A stretch of DNA of 21,890 bases from NCBI GenBank assembly GCA_965644315.1, contig CBFFRQ010000207.1, positions 1 to 21,890 on the forward strand, written 5' to 3'. The position numbers and the translations under genes are program-made. Below, piece by piece: positions 9,621 through 17,258 of this stretch. The DNA comes from Caecitellus pseudoparvulus (lineage: Eukaryota; Protista; Bigyra: Bicosoecida). Within the stretch, counting starts at the first letter, position 1, and every line of letters begins with the position of its first letter. Under the pieces are notes generated by a model that ran no database searches, had not been told where the DNA came from, and saw nothing but the letters and a program-made list of their open reading frames with translations.

Positions 9621-12543
9621 TTTCCAAATGTCAAGCTAATCACAAGTTGTGAAGTGCTAACATTGCCTAATCCAGGCGCTCGTGCACCCAAGTGTGGTGT
9701 TGCACAGTGCTTGCTGGTTGGGTGGTGCGCACCGGGGCGGGGTAGTGCGAATTCCGCACACCATCGCACCGTGGCTCCCAGTTTGCGCCCTCGGTCGGGG
9801 CATGCACCTGGGATCGACATCAAAAGCATCATTGACAAGCATCATGAACGCCCAAGTGGATCAAGTCCTGGGGGTCCTCTTCGTGGAGGGGTGCCTGAAG
9901 CGCAAGCAAGTGCTCGGCCCCAGAACAGGTGTCTTCACTGACATGCCACGTCGGGGTGCCGCACGCACCTTCGAGCTTGGAGGACCCCTGCCCAAGACTG
10001 ATCATGATAGTTCATCTTCGGCACGGGACATGTGGCTCGAGGTCTATGGGGAAGCCGCCGAACGGCTGATCCCAGGGCTGAGTGCGGAATTCGGCAACGC
10101 CAATGCGGCCCTGCGCCAGGGACCCACCGGATCGCCAACCATCCTCGTCACGCTCGGAAGTGAGGGTGATTCACCAACAGTGGCACGTCAACTTCGCATT
10201 CTTGCTGCTCAAGAGGACGACTTCGCCATTCGAGTCGGCCAAGGTGGGTTCGTCGCCGTGGCCTACACCAACACCAAGCAGTTCGCATCGGCGAAGGCGA
10301 AAGTGAAGGTGAAGGCCCACCCCACCGCCATCCAAGTGGCCCACCAAGTGACCAAGGAAGCAACCGAAATCGCCTGCCAGTCAGGTGATGTTGCCAAGGT
10401 CATGTGCCTCGTTAGGTCCCACTTCGACCATGGCCCCGTGCCAGCCCAAGCCGTCCGTCCCAGTGTCAGACAATCCGTCCCCTCCGAGGGTGATGCACCT
10501 GTCGACACCAAGACACCATCGACCTGGACTGACACTCAGCTCGACAAGGCACCGAAGAAGAAGAAGACCCGTCGAGGCAAGCGAGGAAAGGGCAAGTCAG
10601 CCGGACGATCCCTCACCTTCGAGGACGTCTTCATCAAGAACGTCCGGCCACCTGCACCTCGACCAACCTCACCACCTGCCACCCAAGGCTCACCCAAAGA
10701 TACCGTCACCACCCCTGTGGTGCATGCCATGTTGCCTTCATCAAGGGTGCAGCGGGGCGTCGACCGCAAGTGGCCGTCCCCCACCCCGTCGGGCGAGGCA
10801 AGCCCCGAGGTGCACCGGTATCGGCCGTCTGCAGCAGCAGCATGGGAGGTGATCACAAGGGTGGTGCCTCTTCATGACAGTGTGCGGACACCCGAGCACC
10901 TGGCCGAGTACCCCATCAAGCCTGGCCCTCTGGCCGACCTGCTGTCATCGACCCACGTGTACTCTAACGTGGGGGGGCGGGCCTGTGTCCAGGCCTGTCT
11001 CGAGACGGCAGCAGGGGAGAGGGTCTTCGAGGCTGGGGACCTCCTCCTACTCCAGCATGCAGCCACCATCAACGCTGCCCAGCTTGCCTTCAAGCACATG
11101 GTCAGGCAGCTGGAGGGGGTGGTCAGTGACTCGTCCAGCTCGGACATCATGGACGTCGGCCAGAAGCCACCCTCCCCCTTCCGCTCAGACGGGCAACGGG
11201 TGGCCGTCTTCCGCAACATGCTGCACCAGCACTCGCCGGATGACACCTTCCTGGCCCCAGGTACACCACCAGTCCTGCTTCCCGGCCTGCACCTGCTCAT
11301 CGACCGCATCAACCAAGGGTACCGTGCCCCAGCCGGGCATGATGACCTTGGCCAGGCCGGCGTCGACCCCAGCCAGGTTGATGAAGAGGGTGACCAAGAG
11401 GGGCACCTCGACGGAGTGCTGTATGCCTTCGCACTTCGAGAGGTGTGGACCGACAACACGGCCCATCTGCAGCTCATCCTCGTCGACCATGATCGAGGCA
11501 AGCTGGTGCTGTGGAACCCCGACATCCCTGACCTCCATGACGAGCTGCCCCTGCACAAGTGCATGACCCGGCTGGCAGCCGAAGGCATCAACGTCTTGTA
11601 CCGGATCTGGACCACACCCGAGGCGGGCAGTCCAGCACCCTTCCGGGACAGGCTTCGAGGGGCACTCCAGTCTCTCCGAGATGACTTCCCCCCCCTGCCT
11701 CACAAGGCCACCGACGGCACCGTGCACCCCCAGACCCTCATCGCTGGCAAGGGCACAAGGGTGGCCATGCCTCATGGGCGGATGACCCGACAGCAGGCCG
11801 CCACCCTGGAGGCTGAGGTCAAGGACCCCCTCAAGCGGCTGGTGCCTGAAGACGGCGAGGGTCGCCTGCCCAAGGTCAAGGATGTGCCCCACATCTCGAT
11901 CGGGCAGATGGGTGGACGCCTGATGTAAGTCACCTGTGGGGGCATACTCCCTGTGCCACACATGACTGAAGCTTTGTGTCGCGACCGACGCACATAGCTG
12001 ACATCGGACATTGGAAAGTCCAACCCAACCTCACCATCACCAACCCAACATCGATACCAACACATCAGGACTCGGCTCAGTGGAAGGGGAAGGCACTTGC
12101 AGCAAGATCTGTGAGGCCGCCCCCAAACCTGAGCCGAAGGGACAGCCGGGCTGGGTCGTGTGCTTGCATCTCAGCAACACCCAGTCCGTGTCGAGTCCAT
12201 ATCCTCCAGCCCACACCGCCACCCAAGCCAAGCAAGTCGGGTCTCCACCCCTGGACATCGGACCGAGACGGACGAGACTGGACTGGACGGACAAGACAAG
12301 AGTGGACCGAGACCTGGACCTACACCTCAAGACCATCCCACCGGGGCGGGCGCTGAAGCGCCAAGACAGACGGCGACTTATACAACGGACACGAGTCTGT
12401 GCTAGTCGCAAAGCCGTGCAAGCGGTGCCGTCGTGGTGTCTGTGTCACTGCATTCTGTTGTGGCGCAGGTGGCACCACATGTCCAAGCCCAAGCTGTACC
12501 ATGATGTAGCCTGCATGGAGGCAATCTGCAATGCATTGAGTAG
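9621..12543 (+). mobile_element. Element B: full-length RT-less (non-autonomous) relative of A
   Basis: Same 5' terminus as A, one intact ORF, ~615 nt 3' UTR, ends CAATGCATTGAGTAG|CTAACCCTAACC; a second, truncated copy lies at 1055-1731. Confidence 0.9.
9844..11928 (+). CDS. Element B protein (694 aa), homologous to the pre-endonuclease part of A; basic NLS-like patch and putative papain-like protease domain
   Basis: Intact frame (ORF track 9682-11928; ATG 9844 chosen by alignment to A). Blocks shared with A: PRTGVxTDMxRRGAARTFxLGG, PKKKKTRRGKR, CVQAxxETAAGE, LLQHAATI, PPVLLPGLHLL, HLQLI, LVLWNPD, SLRxDFPPLP. Confidence 0.88.
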   Translation: MNAQVDQVLGVLFVEGCLKRKQVLGPRTGVFTDMPRRGAARTFELGGPLPKTDHDSSSSARDMWLEVYGEAAERLIPGLSAEFGNANAALRQGPTGSPTILVTLGSEGDSPTVARQLRILAAQEDDFAIRVGQGGFVAVAYTNTKQFASAKAKVKVKAHPTAIQVAHQVTKEATEIACQSGDVAKVMCLVRSHFDHGPVPAQAVRPSVRQSVPSEGDAPVDTKTPSTWTDTQLDKAPKKKKTRRGKRGKGKSAGRSLTFEDVFIKNVRPPAPRPTSPPATQGSPKDTVTTPVVHAMLPSSRVQRGVDRKWPSPTPSGEASPEVHRYRPSAAAAWEVITRVVPLHDSVRTPEHLAEYPIKPGPLADLLSSTHVYSNVGGRACVQACLETAAGERVFEAGDLLLLQHAATINAAQLAFKHMVRQLEGVVSDSSSSDIMDVGQKPPSPFRSDGQRVAVFRNMLHQHSPDDTFLAPGTPPVLLPGLHLLIDRINQGYRAPAGHDDLGQAGVDPSQVDEEGDQEGHLDGVLYAFALREVWTDNTAHLQLILVDHDRGKLVLWNPDIPDLHDELPLHKCMTRLAAEGINVLYRIWTTPEAGSPAPFRDRLRGALQSLRDDFPPLPHKATDGTVHPQTLIAGKGTRVAMPHGRMTRQQAATLEAEVKDPLKRLVPEDGEGRLPKVKDVPHISIGQMGGRLM

Positions 12544-12560
12544 CTAACCCTAACCTAAAC
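12544..12560. repeat. Short degenerate telomeric spacer
   Basis: CTAACCC TAACC TAAAC. Confidence 0.85.
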
Positions 12561-12650
12561 AGTGACCGCCTCGCGGTTTGTAACATCTACTGTGAAGCTC
12601 CAGCTGAACCGCACATGAACAAGTGTGGAAGTGAAATGCATTACATCTGA
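12561..12650 (+). mobile_element. D1: 90-bp 3'-terminal fragment of a related element, followed by CTAACCC (12651-12657)
   Basis: Ends GGAAGTGAAATGCATTACATCTGA|CTAACCC, resembling A's end GAGGTGAAATGCATTGTGAGTTG|CTAAC. Confidence 0.7.
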
Positions 12651-12657
12651 CTAACCC

Positions 12658-12831
12658 AAGCGGTGACCTCTACAACGGTCGCAAGACTGTGTTGGTTGCA
12701 GATCCACGCAAGTGGAAGCCGCTGTGGCGCTTCTGCAGTGCATTCGTGCACGGCAGCGAGCGCCGCATGTGACGCCCAAGCCGAACCGCGCAAGTTGCAA
12801 GCGTGGAGGTGAAGTGCAATGCATTGAACAG
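12658..12831 (+). mobile_element. D2: 174-bp 3'-terminal fragment of a related element
   Basis: Colinear with the last ~180 nt of A and B (TACAACGG, AGCCGCTGTGGCG, GTGACGCCCAAGC, CAATGCATTGAACAG|CTAACCC). Confidence 0.78.
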
Positions 12832-12862
12832 CTAACCCCTAACCCCTAACCCTACCCTAACC
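12832..12862. repeat. Degenerate telomeric spacer
   Basis: C TAACCCC TAACCCC TAACCC TACCC TAACC. Confidence 0.88.
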
Positions 12863-15049
12863 AGCGCACCGCCTTTTGAAGACCTCAGTGGTCGCTGCAG
12901 CGGACTACACACTGGCAATCACCGGCAAACACTCGCTCATGCCCAACCGCATGTGCGACAATGCCGTTGGCAGTGTTCTGGACAAATCCGTGTTCGGATT
13001 TCAGCTTCATCCGATGCGCGTCCAACACGGCGCGGTCCTTGCAGCGGCTGGTATTCCTCTGACGCACATGCGCACGATGCGAAGTCGCATTGGTTTCATA
13101 GTCCGGACACTTAAGCAGGCTGTGGTGGATTCGCCTGCTTTCAAGATCCTGATGGTGAGCGTGTGGCAGGGCCGAACGATGGTCGCGGACGTCCCGGACG
13201 AGAGGGTCCCGTCGGCCCTCCTTTTGGAAGACGTAGCGGCCTCGAAACACACCTTCTATGGCACAGGCACCCCGTGGGCCGTCAGACCTCTCCTGGAGCT
13301 GCGCCTGTTGGGGTACCACGAAGGTGTGTTCGGCGTTCTGGCCATGGCCGCGAGGTGGCACGATTTGAGCGGAAATCGGGACACCACGGCTCTACACGAA
13401 GAGATGCGATCTCTCCAAAAGGCCTTAAAGCTGCCCAAGAACACGGCACAGAACGGCCCGAAGTTGTTCGTCGCAACAAGTGTTCCTGTGGCCTCTGCGA
13501 GGTTCGACAGGTCGGTTGACTTCCCGGCCACTTTCACGTTGAGGCAGCGTTTGGACCTCTTGGAGTCGTACTTGTTCATTGCACGAACGCAAAGAACAGA
13601 CATGTACCGGGAGACCATGTTCCTACCTGCTGAGTACCCGGGCCACTCGCCTCGAGGAGAAACAGGCGACAAAAGAGTGAATCCGACGCTCTCGCCGAGG
13701 CCTCACCATTTGGACATCCGAGCGCGAACACACGCGGAACTGCATCCGATTCCAAGTGTTCCCTGTAGTGCTTGGACCGCCTGTCATCCTGACAGAAGTT
13801 GGTTGCCGAAGGTGTTCATGCTGCAGACACAGCAGCTCCTGCATCCGGGTGCACTCCTGACGCCGTATATCGCATGTCCTCTGTGTTTGGACCCCGAAAT
13901 ACGCGATGCGGGGTTCATTTTAGACCACATTCTGCTGGACTGCCCCTCAGTATCTCTAGAACGTCTGGCGTTCTTCCGAGAGGCAGCGCAGAACATGCAG
14001 GACTGTGACGAAGCGGCAAAGTCAACCGCTGTGCCGAGGCGGCCGACGGCCGAGGCCCTCCGGCACCCACCCCTGAGATACGTCACCATTCCAGAAAGCC
14101 TGCACACAGCGGTGCAGGCTGGCTGTCAGCTGGACACTGGAACACGTATCTCATGCCAGAACACCCGGGCGCTGCTGAAGCGGCTCGCCCTGTGCGGTCA
14201 GTGGCCCACGGGAGCACCCGAGTGTGCGGACTGGGATCACGCAACTTGTGCTGCCCTCACGGCACCACACATGGAACGGTTGCGTGTTCCAGTCCGAAAC
14301 TCGACCCATCTACTGGACCAAGACCCAGTGAAAGCTGCTGAAGCATTGGAGGCATTTGCTGGGCCCTTGCGGCAAAAGTTACTCCCGAATTCTGGGGGTG
14401 CCGCTGACGGCAAAAGTTTCTACTGGCCCCACGAGGTGGTCGCCGCACCTCCCGGATGGACGAAAGTCCTGAAAACGTGCATCCGGTACTGTGGGGCCGT
14501 GTTTGATCACGTGGTAGAAGCTCAACTTCGGGGCGCAGGTGTGGAACGCGGGCAGCCCGCCGCGGACCTCGCGCGGCGAGCCCGCTACACGGCCGCCACG
14601 CCTGCTGCCTGGACCATGCCAAGCCACCTCGCTCCCGGGCGAGATGGCGCAGCAGAGGAGCAAGAAAGTGAGTGATAAAAGCTTGCTTTGGGTTGATAGT
14701 GCATTCTAAGATGTTATTCCGAAATTCCCAGTGTCGTAACGCGCGGCGGGGCCGTTTTGGGTCGCGGGGTGGCGCGGTGTGCGCGGGGTCGCCGCGGCGC
14801 CCCCAACACACCAAGGCCGAAATCCGCGCCCAACTCGCCCAACAGGCGCCGAACGCCTGAACAACGACGACTAACATTGAACTACCATGTTCTGAAAAGA
14901 ACAAGCTTACTTCACATGGTGACTCACCATGCTCTGTGCAAGATATGTGTACGGAGCAAGCGAGCGCTGTGGCCCGCTTCTTTCGAGGAGCAAGTGTGAG
15001 GTGAGTGTGGTGAAAAAAAAAAACAAGAGGCGACAATGCATTGAACTTC
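12863..15049 (+). mobile_element. Element C: 5'-truncated non-LTR retrotransposon of a second, divergent family
   Basis: Flanked by telomeric repeats; ORF homologous to A's post-RT region; ends CAATGCATTGAACTTC|CTAACCCTAACCC. Confidence 0.88.
12864..14675 (+). CDS. Partial (N-truncated) C-terminal polyprotein region of element C, ~600 aa, with CCHC
   Basis: Frame is open from the telomeric junction. Colinear matches to A: AADY, PWAxxxLLxLxLxG, SYLxxA, PRPxHL, LHPxP, QTxQLLH, CPxC...HILLxC, LxRLxLCGQWP and an acidic C-terminus. Confidence 0.85.
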   Translation, partial: AHRLLKTSVVAAADYTLAITGKHSLMPNRMCDNAVGSVLDKSVFGFQLHPMRVQHGAVLAAAGIPLTHMRTMRSRIGFIVRTLKQAVVDSPAFKILMVSVWQGRTMVADVPDERVPSALLLEDVAASKHTFYGTGTPWAVRPLLELRLLGYHEGVFGVLAMAARWHDLSGNRDTTALHEEMRSLQKALKLPKNTAQNGPKLFVATSVPVASARFDRSVDFPATFTLRQRLDLLESYLFIARTQRTDMYRETMFLPAEYPGHSPRGETGDKRVNPTLSPRPHHLDIRARTHAELHPIPSVPCSAWTACHPDRSWLPKVFMLQTQQLLHPGALLTPYIACPLCLDPEIRDAGFILDHILLDCPSVSLERLAFFREAAQNMQDCDEAAKSTAVPRRPTAEALRHPPLRYVTIPESLHTAVQAGCQLDTGTRISCQNTRALLKRLALCGQWPTGAPECADWDHATCAALTAPHMERLRVPVRNSTHLLDQDPVKAAEALEAFAGPLRQKLLPNSGGAADGKSFYWPHEVVAAPPGWTKVLKTCIRYCGAVFDHVVEAQLRGAGVERGQPAADLARRARYTAATPAAWTMPSHLAPGRDGAAEEQESE

Positions 15050-15062
15050 CTAACCCTAACCC
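15050..15062. repeat. Short telomeric spacer
   Basis: CTAACCCTAACCC. Confidence 0.88.
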
Positions 15063-16510
15063 AAGGAAGGAGAGGGTCAGCCCTGTCGCCTGCACGTGAG
15101 TGCGTGCAGGAGGGGCAGGCAAAGGGGATGCCCCGCGAGTCTGGTATCCGGCCAGCACTTGACAAAGCATGCCACAGTGCGTGGTGTTGGTGGCGGGGTG
15201 CTCGTGGAGCGTGAGTGTTGGGCGCCAGTGAAGCAGCCTGGCGCTGGTGGGTGAGCCAGGTGCGCCCAGGCAGGCCAGCCCACCAGCCACTGTACATACT
15301 CTGCCATGCCAAGTGGAGACGTGGATGGCAGAGAGGTGGGGACCTCTCCCAGGGACACGGGGTGAGGGGGGCGGCGTCAGGCGGAAGCGTGTGGCGGCGC
15401 CCGCCGTGTCTGCATGGCGCAGCTGAGGCGTGCAAGACTGGCGCGGCCCTTCCACATGAAACAGCGTGCTACATCTGCACCATACTATTGTACCGTTGGG
15501 GGGCACCCCCCCGTGTGCTGAGCGATGCAGCCGCCGCCAGGGGCAGTGGCAGTCCGCTCCCCACCAGCGCGAAGCAACAGCAACGCCAACACCTCTCACA
15601 CAGCACCCACACGTCCACGGCGGCAAGCAAGGCGGGCGCCGCATCCCACTCTAGCACACGATCCGCTCTGAACATGCAGTGCTGATTCTCTGTCCCCCAA
15701 CTGCCGCCCGGGGCAACAGTCCGCCAGCACCAAACCTGCAAGCCTTTTTACCAGCTGCAGCAAAGCTCCCCAGCATCAGCGGCACCAAGCAGATATCCCA
15801 GCCCATGCATCTGGAACAGAGCAGTAACTCTAAGACAAAGCTATCTCATTCACAGCAGCCACCCTTACCTCGCGCCAGAACCTCCAGAATCGACGCCGAC
15901 AGACATGGCAACCACAACCGATTTCCGCTACACAGCGGCCTCCTCTGCACAGCCCCCTAGCCGCCTGGCGCTGGGAGGTGGTAGGAATGTAAGCCTCATT
16001 GAATGAAAAAACGGAGAAGACTTGACGCTAGCCACACATGCCGCCCATTCTTGCCTCTCTCATGGCCAAGCTGCAGTTCCTTGTTGACTGGCTCACCCCA
16101 ACGGCAGCGTCACTACTTTCGAGGCGCCGCGCACAAAAACATGGCAATCTACGGATGAGGAGCCCTGTCTACATCAATCAGTACATCACTACATTTGGCA
16201 CCACCCTGACTTGTTTGCTAAATGAGCTCCAATGGCAGCTCAGCCATGTTAGCGAAGGATCGCGCCGGATTCGCCACGAAGTGCACGTCAAGCCGTGCGA
16301 GTTTCCTGGCTGGGCGAGACCGCAGCAATGAACCACTCAATACCGGACCTTGCTTGACATGAGGCTTGTCGTGAAGAATGCAACTTCAGTACTTCACACG
16401 TTGGAGCCATCGACGCCCACACTTCGCTACCCGAGAAGAAGTGCGCATGGGAGCAGTACCCATGCACGGAAGCCGCCTGCGCCAGTGTTCCGGGTTCAGT
16501 TGTCAGTCGA

Positions 16511-17250
16511 TGAAGCACTGAGCACAGTTGCTGGGGCCTTACGGCAAAAGTTGCTCCCAATGTATGGGGGTGCCGCAGACCGCAAAAGTTTCTACTGGCC
16601 CCACGAGGTGGTCGCCGCACCTCCCGGATGGACGAAAGTCCTGAAAACGTGCATCCGGTACTGTGGAGCCGTGGTTGATCACGTGGTAGAAGCTCAACTT
16701 CAGGGCGCAGGCGTGGAACGCGGGCAACCCGCCGCGGACCTCGCGCGGCGAGCCCGCTACACGGCCGCCACGCCTGCCGCCTGGACCATGCCGAGCCACC
16801 TCACTCCCGGGCGAGGTGGCGCAGCAGTCGAGGAAGAAAGTGAGTGATAAAAGCTTGCTTTGGGTTGATAGTGCATTCTAAGATGTTATTCCGAAATTCC
16901 CAGTGTCGTAACGCGCGGCGGGGCCGTTTTGGGTCGCGGGGTGGCGAGGTGTGCGCGAGGTCGCCGCGGCGCCCCCAACACGCCAAGGCCGAAATCCGCG
17001 CCCAACTCGCCCAACAGGCGCCGAACGCCTGAACAACGACGACTAACATTAAATGACCATGTTCTGAAAGAACAAGCTTATTTCACACGGTGACTCACCA
17101 TGCTTTGTGCAAGATATGTGTACTGAGCAAGCGAGCGCCGCAGCCCGCTTCTCTTTGAGGAGCAAGTGTGAAGTGAGTGTGGTTGAAAACAAGAGGTTGC
17201 AATGCATCGAACTTCCTAAAAAAACAAGAGGTTGTAATGCATTGAACTTC
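16511..17250 (+). mobile_element. Second copy of the family-C 3' end (ORF C-terminus plus 3' UTR) with a duplicated terminus; 3' part of unit E (15063-17250)
   Basis: Aligns to 14339-15049 (offset 2172 in the coding part). It is diverged over 16511-16582 and near-identical from ~16583 onward, and is followed by CTTACCCC (17251-17258). Confidence 0.88.
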
Positions 17251-17258
17251 CTTACCCC

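Noticed and set aside
1055-12538. 677-bp direct repeat read as LTRs of one large element
   Set aside because: The copies are separated from the interior by a telomeric tract, have no TG...CA ends, PBS or integrase, and the RT is non-LTR type. A 5'-truncated copy explains it.
2047-14663. Numerous overlapping minus-strand and alternate-frame ORFs inside the elements
   Set aside because: These are expected in GC-rich coding DNA and show no conservation between A, B and C, except the pieces used to reconstruct A's frameshifts.
15013-15023. A11 run as a poly(A) tail of element C
   Set aside because: It lies upstream of the conserved terminal motif and is only A4 in the second copy, so it is internal.
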